The position numbers and the translations under genes were made by a program. A stretch of DNA of 64,000 bases, taken from assembly GCA_041394265.1 (NCBI GenBank), contig JAWKIO010000005.1, positions 925,976-989,975 on the forward strand. The letters are read 5' to 3'. Within the stretch, counting starts at the first letter, position 1. Every line of letters starts with the position of its first letter. Source of the stretch: Acidimicrobiales bacterium (GTDB taxonomy: Bacteria > Actinomycetota > Acidimicrobiia > Acidimicrobiales > SZUA-35). Positions 18,503 through 26,779 of this stretch are shown piece by piece. Under the pieces are notes generated by a model. It saw only the letters and a program-made list of their open reading frames with translations, did not search any database and had not been told where the DNA came from.

Positions 18503-18860
18503 ACGTCGCCGGGTCGAACCGGTCTTCCTCCACCAATTGGCGGAGTCGCACCGGCAGGACGAGGTCGACGAGGAGGAAGACGATCGCCGACATGATCAAT
18601 CCCAGAACGCTGTACAGGACAGCATCGAGCAGTCCTTCGTCGAGGGCGTCGGGGGCAGTCCAGATGGCGACGAAGATGATGATCCCGACCGAGACCATCT
18701 TGCCGCCGACCAGCAGACCGGCATTGAGGTTCTGCGACACCTGGGCCCGGAGGTTGCCGGGCGTCAGGAGGTCGACGACCACGAATCCCAGCGCCATCAG
18801 CGCCATGGCCGTTCCCAACCAGGCGAAGGTGTTGCCGAGGTCGTTGATGAAATCACTCAT
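18444..18860 (-). CDS. DUF350 (YjfL-like) small membrane protein
   Basis: 138 aa with four hydrophobic helices and repeated DLLTP / DLVLP motifs typical of DUF350. Confidence 0.8.
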   Translation of the reverse strand: MSDFINDLGNTFAWLGTAMALMALGFVVVDLLTPGNLRAQVSQNLNAGLLVGGKMVSVGIIIFVAIWTAPDALDEGLLDAVLYSVLGLIMSAIVFLLVDLVLPVRLRQLVEEDRFDPATCVAVGAEIGLALVVAAAIS

Positions 18861-18921
18861 GTCGTTGGTCCCTCTGTCATTGCTCGAATCTCAGCGGCTT
18901 GGCCGGTTCCCTCGCCGACGA

Positions 18922-19419
18922 TCACTTACCGGACGACGACCCGCCGCCCCGGAAGCCGTTGCCGCTGTTGCTGCTGCTCGAACCGCTCGAACGGTAGGTG
19001 TTGATGCGGCTCCCCCACCGATTGCTGGCGAGCAAGACGCCACTGTGGCGGTTGTAGGCCTTGTCGTTGTCGGCATAGAGCACGACGTTCGAGCCGGTCT
19101 CGTTGGGCGAGAGCCACAGCGTTCCCGACTTGTAGAGCAGGAAGACGTCGCCGCCGGCGTCGTCGGTGCGCTCGTCGGGTTTCTCCTTGGCGGCGATGGC
19201 ATCGGCCACCGTGGCGGGCTCACCGTTGATCCGCCAGGTGCCCGTCACCTTGTCACCGGACGCATCGGTGGCGCTCACTCCGATATCCGACGGCGAGACC
19301 GACTCGGCACCCGGGATGTCCTTGACCGTGGTGGCGAGGTCGGGGCCTTTCGATCCGCAGGAGGCAGCGAACAGCAAGAAGACGATGACGATCCCGAACG
19401 GGCGGCGAAGAGCAGTCAT
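18922..19419 (-). CDS. DUF4247-like lipoprotein
   Basis: From ATG 19419: MTALRRPFGIVIVFLLFAASCGSKG (lipobox AASC). Gly/Ser-rich C-terminus ...FRGGGSSSGK, as I recall for DUF4247. The upstream 110 aa of the track ORF are Arg-rich junk. Confidence 0.7.
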   Translation of the reverse strand: MTALRRPFGIVIVFLLFAASCGSKGPDLATTVKDIPGAESVSPSDIGVSATDASGDKVTGTWRINGEPATVADAIAAKEKPDERTDDAGGDVFLLYKSGTLWLSPNETGSNVVLYADNDKAYNRHSGVLLASNRWGSRINTYRSSGSSSSNSGNGFRGGGSSSGK

Positions 19420-20066
19420 CGGACGAGGTCCTTTCGCTGGCGGTCGACGCTCATGGACGAGCGCGCACCCGCCGGCGGGCGAGCGACCGTATGGGTGATG
19501 ACGGCGTGCGGGTCGACACCCGGATAGAGATGCCATGAGTGCCAGGCCAGTTGAGCAGCTCCGCTGATGGGCAGCATCTGCAGGTCGGCAACGAGGGCCG
19601 TGAGGGCGAGGTCGTCGCCGGGGAACCGCCCGACGATCGCCGTCGGCACGTCGTGCAGATGTTCGAGTTGGCTGGCCGCCATCCGAACGGCGTCGTCGCC
19701 GACGACCGTCTTCGAGGTGAACTGCACCTCCCACTCGTTCACGCTCCACCCGTAGGTGCCCGGCAGGGTGTCGGCGTCGACAGCGTCATCGGAGGCGCCG
19801 CATGCCACCGTCTCCCTGACCAGCAGCTCGGTTGCCCCATCACCTGCTCGGACGGTGACTCGGTGCGAGGCGGAAAGAATGTCGAGATCGACTCGCCACG
19901 GACCCAGGTCGACGGCGAGTGTGCGAACGGCATGATGCGGTGTCGGACCGGTGTGCAGGCGAAGCGCTCGACCGTCGGTGTCGACGCTCTCTACGTCGAT
20001 CGCCAGTGCGGTGACCACGGGAGGCCGGACGCGAGGCGGTCGTCTGAGCATGATGCCTTGGCCCAT
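19416..20066 (-). CDS. DUF2617-like hypothetical protein
   Basis: From ATG 20066 (MGQGIMLRRPP...), preceded by GGAGGGAAC. Its stop overlaps the next gene start by 4 nt. Family assignment comes from position in the conserved cluster and from recollection, not a search. Confidence 0.6.
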   Translation of the reverse strand: MGQGIMLRRPPRVRPPVVTALAIDVESVDTDGRALRLHTGPTPHHAVRTLAVDLGPWRVDLDILSASHRVTVRAGDGATELLVRETVACGASDDAVDADTLPGTYGWSVNEWEVQFTSKTVVGDDAVRMAASQLEHLHDVPTAIVGRFPGDDLALTALVADLQMLPISGAAQLAWHSWHLYPGVDPHAVITHTVARPPAGARSSMSVDRQRKDLVR

Positions 20067-20188
20067 GGTTCCCTCCTGTGGCTCGGCGACGCCGAGAGTA
20101 GCGCAATCTCGCTCGTCGTGCCGGTGTAACCCAGCGCACCGATTAGTGTGCACCCACATCACATCAGCCAGACGGAGGGAGTCATCTG

Positions 20189-20809
20189 ATGTTCGGAAAG
20201 TTCGGCAAGGGCCGCGACCGCACGAAGAAGCTGGAGATGTTGGCGAACGCACCGATCGGCGCCGGCACATCGGTGAACGGCCGGCGGGGCGTCATCAAGG
20301 GGACGCTCCTGTTGTCCGAAGACGGCGACCGCTGGATCGAGCACCTCGTCGAGCACCAGGACGGCGAACGGCTGTGGGTGGCTGTCGAGAACTTCGATCG
20401 GACCCGAGCAACGCTGTGGTCCGACGTCGAGGTGTGGGACGTCAAGGGCGGTCCCGACGACAAGTCGATCACCTACAACGGCCAGTCGTTCCGGCGCAAC
20501 GAGAGCGGCACGGTGTCGTACACCTCGAAGGGCGAGGTCGATCTGTTCGCGTCCGGCACGATCGACTACGTCGACTTCAACGGACCCGACAACATGCGCA
20601 TCGGGTTCGAACGGTTCGGCGAGGAGGGGGCGGGGCGGCGCCGCCGGGCGACGTCGGGGTTGTGCCCGAACTGCCACGCTCCGCTCCATGCCGATGCCGC
20701 CAACAAGTGCAGCAGCTGCGGCTCCGACCTCATGGCCGACCATGGCCACTGGGGGTCGTGGGAGGTGGCGCTCGGCGTCGACGTCACCGACTCGGCCGGC
20801 CTGCAGTAG
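20189..20809 (+). CDS. DUF4178 domain protein with a C-terminal CxxC...CxxC zinc-ribbon-like tail
   Basis: 206 aa. GGAGGGAG RBS 8 nt upstream. Body ...ITYNGQSFRRNESGTVSYTSKGEVDLFASGTIDYVDF... resembles DUF4178. Tail: CPNCHAPLHADAANKCSSCG. Confidence 0.7.
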   Translation: MFGKFGKGRDRTKKLEMLANAPIGAGTSVNGRRGVIKGTLLLSEDGDRWIEHLVEHQDGERLWVAVENFDRTRATLWSDVEVWDVKGGPDDKSITYNGQSFRRNESGTVSYTSKGEVDLFASGTIDYVDFNGPDNMRIGFERFGEEGAGRRRRATSGLCPNCHAPLHADAANKCSSCGSDLMADHGHWGSWEVALGVDVTDSAGLQ

Positions 20810-20841
20810 CACCACTCGGGCCCCACCTGCGGTTCAAGGCA

Positions 20842-21519
20842 TCAGCGCTCCCGGCGTGCGACCCGTCCGGTCTCGTAGGCCCACATCACGATCTCGACCC
20901 GGTTTCGGGCACCCAGCTTGGTCATGAGGCTCGCCAGATGACTCTTGACGGTGCTGAGCGAGATGAACAACTCGTCGGCGATCTCGGCGTTGGTCCGGCC
21001 ACTGGCCACGGTGAGCAGCACCTCCTCTTCCCGCTCGGTAAGCGGCTCGATCGGCTGCACGGTGGTGGTCGGTGCTCCGGAGGCAAACGTCGCCAACAGC
21101 CGGGCCGTCACGCTGGGCGCAATCAGGGCGTCTCCATCGGCTGCGGCGTGGATGGCCTGGGCCAGCAGCGCCGGACCGGCGTCCTTCAGCAGGAAGCCTC
21201 GAGCACCGGCCTTCAGCGCGCCGTGCACGTACTCATCGAGATCGAACGTCGTGATCACCACGACCGCCAACGGGTCGACCACATCGGGCCCGGCAAGCAG
21301 GCGGGTGGCCTCGATCCCGTTGAGTTCGGGCATACGAATGTCGAGGAGGCAGACATCGGGCCGCAACCGTCGGGCGGTGTCGACCGCCTCGCGCCCGTTG
21401 GCCACCTGCGCCACCACCTCGATGCCCGGCTGGGCATCGAGAATCATGGTCAGACCGGTTCGTACCAGCTCCTGGTCGTCGGCGACCAACACTCGCCGCA
21501 GGGGCGCGCCGTCGCTCAT
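20842..21519 (-). CDS. response regulator, NarL/FixJ (LuxR HTH) family
   Basis: From ATG 21519 (ATGA overlap with the kinase stop): MSDGAPLRRVLVADDQELVRTGL...DVCLLDIRMPELNGIEA. C-terminal LTEREEEVLLTVASGRTNAEIADELFISLSTVKSHL. Confidence 0.9.
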   Translation of the reverse strand: MSDGAPLRRVLVADDQELVRTGLTMILDAQPGIEVVAQVANGREAVDTARRLRPDVCLLDIRMPELNGIEATRLLAGPDVVDPLAVVVITTFDLDEYVHGALKAGARGFLLKDAGPALLAQAIHAAADGDALIAPSVTARLLATFASGAPTTTVQPIEPLTEREEEVLLTVASGRTNAEIADELFISLSTVKSHLASLMTKLGARNRVEIVMWAYETGRVARRER

Positions 21520-22760
21520 CGTGCCGGCCACCGTGGAAGTTCGACCTCGACCTGCCAGCCGGCGCCTGGTCGCGGTCCGGCCCGGAACGTACCGCCGAGC
21601 AGATGCGCCCGCTCGGCCATGCCCAACAGACCGAACCCCTGGCCGTCGACGGGGCCCGAGACGGCGTTGCCGTCGTCATCGACGCGGACCCGAATCGTGC
21701 CGGGGTCGCCGTCGACCTGGATGTGAACGACGTTCGGATGGCGAGCATGACGCACGGTGTTCGTGATGGATTCCTGCGCAATCCGATAGATCGCCGAATC
21801 GACCGCAGGATCGACGACGCCAAGCGTGTCGGCAACCGTGACATCGAGCTGCAACGACGGGGGAACGATGTCGACGAGCAAGTGGAGATCCGCCGCACCG
21901 CGTCGCGGCGCCAGGTCGGCCTCGGCCCCGGCTCGCAGCGTCGACACGATCGTTCGCATCTCCGCCAACGTACGAGACGCTGCGCCTTCGATGGTTGCGA
22001 GGACGCGCAGGGCCCGCTCGGGATCCGTGGCGGCGATGGCCTGGCCCGCCTGGGCTTGGATGGCGATTGCCGACACGTGGTGGGCGACGGTGTCGTGTAG
22101 CTCCCGCGCCAGTAGCTCGCGTTCACGTGACTGGGCTTCGGACAGGGCACGCTTCTGGGCGGCAGCGCGGTACCGAACCATGAGTCCGATCTCGATCGGA
22201 AGGAGGAGCACGATCGTGCCACCGACGGCCTCGCCAATCGTGCCGGGATCGGTGAGAATGCCGACCACTCCGGCCCAGGCCATCACGGCTCCCCCGCGCA
22301 GCGCGTCGCGTCCCGATCCCCACCGGAACAGGGCGTAGCCAGAGATCAGGATCACGGCACTGGCCACGACCCCGCCGACGTGACCGGTGGCGACTCGGAC
22401 GATGACGCCGAACACCATGGTGGGGACGAACCCGACGACCACGGCTCGCAAGGGCGCGGTGCGACGAATCAGCAGCGAGTAGGGAGCGACGGCCAGGAAG
22501 ACGAGCATGGTCGCGGCCCGCCACGCGATCGAGAGACCCTCGAAGTCCGGATCTGTCCGAAAGATCACTTCCGCAAGGGCGATCGCGCTGCTGACGCCGA
22601 CGATCACCCAGTCACGGCTGACGCGTCGCGGTGCGTTCGGCACCGCGGGTTCCGCAGCGAACGCTCGCCAACTGGCCGGAATCACGGTTGCCATCGTAGG
22701 CAGCCAGTCAGCGACGTGGATCGGCCGAAAGGACGATCCGCGAACCCGCCGGTCGGCCAA
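21516..22760 (-). CDS. sensor histidine kinase (HisKA_3 / NarX-DesK type)
   Basis: Multi-TM N-terminus. H-box ELHDTVAHHVSAIAIQAQ and an HATPase region (ITNTVRHA...DDDG...GFGLLGMAERA). The start may be 22694 (MATVIPASW) instead. Confidence 0.85.
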   Translation of the reverse strand: MADRRVRGSSFRPIHVADWLPTMATVIPASWRAFAAEPAVPNAPRRVSRDWVIVGVSSAIALAEVIFRTDPDFEGLSIAWRAATMLVFLAVAPYSLLIRRTAPLRAVVVGFVPTMVFGVIVRVATGHVGGVVASAVILISGYALFRWGSGRDALRGGAVMAWAGVVGILTDPGTIGEAVGGTIVLLLPIEIGLMVRYRAAAQKRALSEAQSRERELLARELHDTVAHHVSAIAIQAQAGQAIAATDPERALRVLATIEGAASRTLAEMRTIVSTLRAGAEADLAPRRGAADLHLLVDIVPPSLQLDVTVADTLGVVDPAVDSAIYRIAQESITNTVRHARHPNVVHIQVDGDPGTIRVRVDDDGNAVSGPVDGQGFGLLGMAERAHLLGGTFRAGPRPGAGWQVEVELPRWPAR

Positions 22761-22837
22761 CCCGGAACGAGCCGATCACCCGATGCCGCCGGAACAGCCC
22801 GTCGCGACGATCGAGGTGACTTCTCGAAAGGACCGAC

Positions 22838-25033
22838 ATGACCGGCTTGCTCTATCGACTGGGGCGTTACTCCGCCCTGCGACCGTGGCGTGTGATCGGG
22901 CTGTGGCTCGCGGCTGCCGCACTTGTGATCACGGCATCGCTCAGCGTCGGCCGCCAGCTGGAAGACAGCTTCGATGCGCCCGGTGTCGACTCCCAGCTGG
23001 CGACCGAGCTGCTGTCCTCTGCCGGTTCCGACCGCGCCGGTGTGACAGCACGAGTGATCGCAGCAGCCCCGGCCGGCGCAAGCTTCGCCGACCCGACCGC
23101 TCAGGGCGACCTCGGCACGGTGGTGACGACTCTGTCCGCGTTGCCCAAGGTGATCAACGCCGTCCCGACCATTGCGCCGTCTGAGACCGTGGCCGTCGTC
23201 GAGGTGCAGTACCCCCTGCTTTCTGACATGGCGCCCGAGGATCTCGATCACCTGAAGAACGCGATGGTAGAGCTTCGCACCGAGGTCGACCTCCAGGTCG
23301 AGGCCGGGGGCGAGCTGTTCTTCACCTACGAGGAGCCGGCAGGGTCGGCGCACGAACTCATCGGCTTGGGCGCTGCCGTGGTCATCCTCCTCGTGGCGTT
23401 CGGATCCTTGATCGCCATGGGCCTGCCGATCGGCATCGCCGTGTTCGGTCTCGCCCTCGGTGTCTCGGCCATGCCCCTGGTGGCCTATCTCGTCCCGGTG
23501 TCGAGTTGGGCACCCGACGTCGGCGCAATGATCGGACTCGGCGTTGGCATCGACTACGCCCTCTTTCTCGTGACACGACATCGGGAGTTCCTGGCCCGAG
23601 GTTGCAGCGTGGAGGACGCAGCCGGGCGAGCGGTGGCCACCGCCGGTCAAGCGGTGCTGTTCGCTGGTGGCACCGTGGTCATCGCCATTCTCGGCCTGTC
23701 GATCGCCGGCCTTCCGTTCCTGACGGCGATGGCGGTGGCCGTCTCGTTGATCGTCGCCCTCATGGTGGTGGCCTCGTTGACCCTCCTGCCCGCCTTTCTC
23801 GGCCTCAGTGGCCAGTGGATCAATCGGCTCGGCCTCCACCGTCGCGGTCACGCCGCGGCATCGGGACCCAGCGCCGGATGGCGCCGATGGGGGGCACACG
23901 TATCGCGCCATGCCTGGACGTACGCCGTCGGCGTGACGGCCGCCCTCTTGCTTGCAGCGTCCCCGGTCGTCGCACTCGAGCTCGGCTTCCCCGACGAGGG
24001 GACCCAGCCCGAGTCCCGAACGGAGCGACGGGCGTACGATCTCGCTGCCGAGGGCTTCGGGCCCGGTGTCAACGGCCCGCTGGTCATCGCCGTCGACCTC
24101 GGTGACGACCCCGACACCGCGCCGGCGGTGGTCGACGCACTCGCTGCCGCGATCGCCACCGACCCTGGTGTCGCCGCCGTTGCGCCGGCCGAGATTGCGT
24201 CCGACGCCGGCATCGCCACGCTGGTGGCTTTCCCCACATCGGCGCCGCAGGACGACGCCACCTATGCCACCGTCGAGCGACTGCGCGCCGATGTCTTCCC
24301 CGGGGTGCTCGACGGCACCGGCGTCAGCGCGCACATCGGCGGGATGACGGCGAACTTCGGCGACGTGGCCAAGCGGGTCAGCGATCGACTCGTGCTGTTC
24401 GTGGCGTCCGTCGTGGTGCTGTCGTTCCTCCTGCTGACCGTGGTCTTCCGTTCGCTCCTGGTGCCGCTCAAGGCTGCGCTGCTGAACCTGCTCTCCATCG
24501 GCGCCGCTTATGGACTGCTCGTCGTCGTCTTCCAGTGGGGCTGGGGCGCATCACTCATCGGACTCGAGACGACGGTACCGATCGTGTCCTTCGTCCCCAT
24601 GTTCATGTTCGCCGTGCTGTTCGGATTGTCGATGGACTACGAGGTGTTCCTGCTGAGCCGAGTGCGTGAGGAGTACGTGGCCTCCGGCGACAACGAAGCC
24701 TCCGTGGTGGCCGGGCTGGCGGGCACCGGGCGGGTGATCACCTCGGCGGCCCTCATCATGATCTCGGTGTTCGGCGCCTTCTCGCTGGGCGACGATCCGG
24801 TCGTGAAGATGATGGGACTGGGGCTTGCCTCGGCCATCCTGATCGATGCCACCGTGGTGCGCTGCGTGCTGGTGCCGGCGACGATGAAGCTGCTCGGCGA
24901 TGCCAACTGGTGGCTCCCGGCCTGGCTTGACCGACTCCTTCCGACGATCGACATCGAAGGGGCCGATCTCGCGGTGCCAGACACCGTCACACCATCCGGG
25001 TCCCGGATGCAGCCGTACCCTCCGATCGCCTAG
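22838..25033 (+). CDS. MMPL family (RND superfamily) transporter
   Basis: 731 aa. Duplicated 6-TM bundles with the conserved GxGxDYALF motif (GLGVGIDYALFLVTRHRE and FGLSMDYEVFLLSRVREE). Confidence 0.9.
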   Translation: MTGLLYRLGRYSALRPWRVIGLWLAAAALVITASLSVGRQLEDSFDAPGVDSQLATELLSSAGSDRAGVTARVIAAAPAGASFADPTAQGDLGTVVTTLSALPKVINAVPTIAPSETVAVVEVQYPLLSDMAPEDLDHLKNAMVELRTEVDLQVEAGGELFFTYEEPAGSAHELIGLGAAVVILLVAFGSLIAMGLPIGIAVFGLALGVSAMPLVAYLVPVSSWAPDVGAMIGLGVGIDYALFLVTRHREFLARGCSVEDAAGRAVATAGQAVLFAGGTVVIAILGLSIAGLPFLTAMAVAVSLIVALMVVASLTLLPAFLGLSGQWINRLGLHRRGHAAASGPSAGWRRWGAHVSRHAWTYAVGVTAALLLAASPVVALELGFPDEGTQPESRTERRAYDLAAEGFGPGVNGPLVIAVDLGDDPDTAPAVVDALAAAIATDPGVAAVAPAEIASDAGIATLVAFPTSAPQDDATYATVERLRADVFPGVLDGTGVSAHIGGMTANFGDVAKRVSDRLVLFVASVVVLSFLLLTVVFRSLLVPLKAALLNLLSIGAAYGLLVVVFQWGWGASLIGLETTVPIVSFVPMFMFAVLFGLSMDYEVFLLSRVREEYVASGDNEASVVAGLAGTGRVITSAALIMISVFGAFSLGDDPVVKMMGLGLASAILIDATVVRCVLVPATMKLLGDANWWLPAWLDRLLPTIDIEGADLAVPDTVTPSGSRMQPYPPIA

Positions 25034-25073
25034 CGTCGCCGTCGCCGACATTCGCCTCGCAAGGAACCCGTCG

Positions 25074-26774
25074 ATGACCAACACCGAGACCTACCGTGCC
25101 GCCCGAGACCAGTTGTTCGCCCTGCGCGACGACTACGCCGCAGCATCGGCGGATTTCGAGTGGCCGAGACTGACCGGCACCTTCAATTGGGCGATCGACT
25201 GGTTCGAGCGCTACGCCCGCGGCAACGACGCCCCGGCGCTCTGGATCGTCGAAGAGGACGGCTCGGAAGACGTCTACAGCTTCGGAGACATGGTCGAGCG
25301 CTCCGATCGCATCGCAGCATGGCTGGCGGCGAACGGCGTGGCCAAGGGTGACCCGGTCATCGTGATGCTGGGCAACCAGGTCGAGCTGTGGGATGCCATG
25401 CTCGCCATCTTCAAGCTCGGAGCGGTGATCATGCCGACCACCACGGCGCTCCCCTCGTCCGACCTCGTCGACCGAATGGAACGGACGGGTACCAAACACG
25501 TGATCGTGGCGTCGGCGGAGGCCGCCAAGTTCGACGAGGTACCCGGGGAGTACACCCGGATCTCGGTCAGCGGAGCGGTCGACGGTTGGCTGCACTTCGC
25601 CGACGGCTACGACGTCGACCAACCCGAGCCATTCACCTCGGTCACTTCCGTCGACGATCCGCTCCTGCTCTACTTCACCTCCGGCACCACCAGCCGGCCC
25701 AAACTGGTCGAGCACACCCAGATCTCGTACCCGGTCGGACATTTGAGCACCATGTACTGGCTGGGTCTCGAGCCTGGCGACGTCCATCTCAACATCAGCT
25801 CGGCCGGTTGGGCGAAGCACGCCTGGAGCTGCTTCTTCGCCCCGTGGATCGCCGAAGCGTGTGTGTTCGTCTACAACTACACCCGGTTCGACGCCGCCGC
25901 ACTCCTGGCGCAACTCCGCACGAGCTCGGTCACCACCTTCTGTGCGCCACCCACCGTGTGGCGCATGCTGATCCAGGCCGACCTGGCCGACGGACCCGGC
26001 AGTCTCCGCGAGCTGATCTCGGCGGGCGAGCCGCTCAACCCCGAGGTGATCACCCAGGTCGAGCGGGCATGGGGACGCACCATCCGCGACGGGTTCGGCC
26101 AGACCGAGACCAGCGCACAGGTCGGGAACTCTCCTGGGCAGCCGATCAAGCCTGGCTCGATGGGTCGTGCCCTGCCCGGCGTGCCGGTCGTCATCGCCGA
26201 CCCCGTCACCGGCGAAGTCGGTGTCCGCGAAGGTGAAATCTGCATCGACCTGTCGTCGAATCCTGTCAACGTGATGACCGGGTATCTCGGCGACGCCGAG
26301 CGCACCAACGAGGTCATGGCCAACGGGCTCTACCACACGGGCGATGTCGCCGAGATCGATGACGAGGGTTACATCACCTTCGTTGGCCGCACCGACGACG
26401 TCTTCAAGGCCTCCGACTACAAGATCTCCCCGTTCGAGCTCGAGTCGGTGCTGATCGAGCACCCCGCCGTCGCCGAGGCCGCCGTCGTCCCGGCGCCCGA
26501 CGAGATCCGACTCGCGGTGCCCAAGGCCTACATCGCGTTGGCCGAAGGCCACGAGCCCAACGACGACACGGCGCTGTCGATCCTGCGGCACGCTCGCGAG
26601 AACCTCGCCCCGTTCCAGCGCGTCCGCCGGATCGAGTTCTACGAACTCCCCAAGACCGTCTCGGGCAAGATCCGTCGCATCGAGCTGCGCCAACGTGAGG
26701 AGGGCGACATCGCCGCTGCCGGGGGGAGGGAGTGGCGTGACGACCAGTTCCCCGAGCTCAAGTCGAACGGCTGA
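25074..26774 (+). CDS. AMP-dependent acyl-CoA synthetase/ligase (medium-chain/ACSM-like)
   Basis: From ATG 25074 (MTNTETYRAARDQ...). AMP-binding motifs LYFTSGTTSRPK, GYGQTE-like DGFGQTET, YHTGD and PKTVSGKIRR. Confidence 0.9.
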   Translation: MTNTETYRAARDQLFALRDDYAAASADFEWPRLTGTFNWAIDWFERYARGNDAPALWIVEEDGSEDVYSFGDMVERSDRIAAWLAANGVAKGDPVIVMLGNQVELWDAMLAIFKLGAVIMPTTTALPSSDLVDRMERTGTKHVIVASAEAAKFDEVPGEYTRISVSGAVDGWLHFADGYDVDQPEPFTSVTSVDDPLLLYFTSGTTSRPKLVEHTQISYPVGHLSTMYWLGLEPGDVHLNISSAGWAKHAWSCFFAPWIAEACVFVYNYTRFDAAALLAQLRTSSVTTFCAPPTVWRMLIQADLADGPGSLRELISAGEPLNPEVITQVERAWGRTIRDGFGQTETSAQVGNSPGQPIKPGSMGRALPGVPVVIADPVTGEVGVREGEICIDLSSNPVNVMTGYLGDAERTNEVMANGLYHTGDVAEIDDEGYITFVGRTDDVFKASDYKISPFELESVLIEHPAVAEAAVVPAPDEIRLAVPKAYIALAEGHEPNDDTALSILRHARENLAPFQRVRRIEFYELPKTVSGKIRRIELRQREEGDIAAAGGREWRDDQFPELKSNG

Positions 26775-26779
26775 GGTTC

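Noticed and set aside
22682-26693. Long minus-strand ORFs 22682-24334 (550 aa) and 24987-26693 (568 aa)
   Set aside because: Antisense to the MMPL and acyl-CoA synthetase genes, which carry clear family motifs. Composition is G/D/R/V/H-rich with no motifs.
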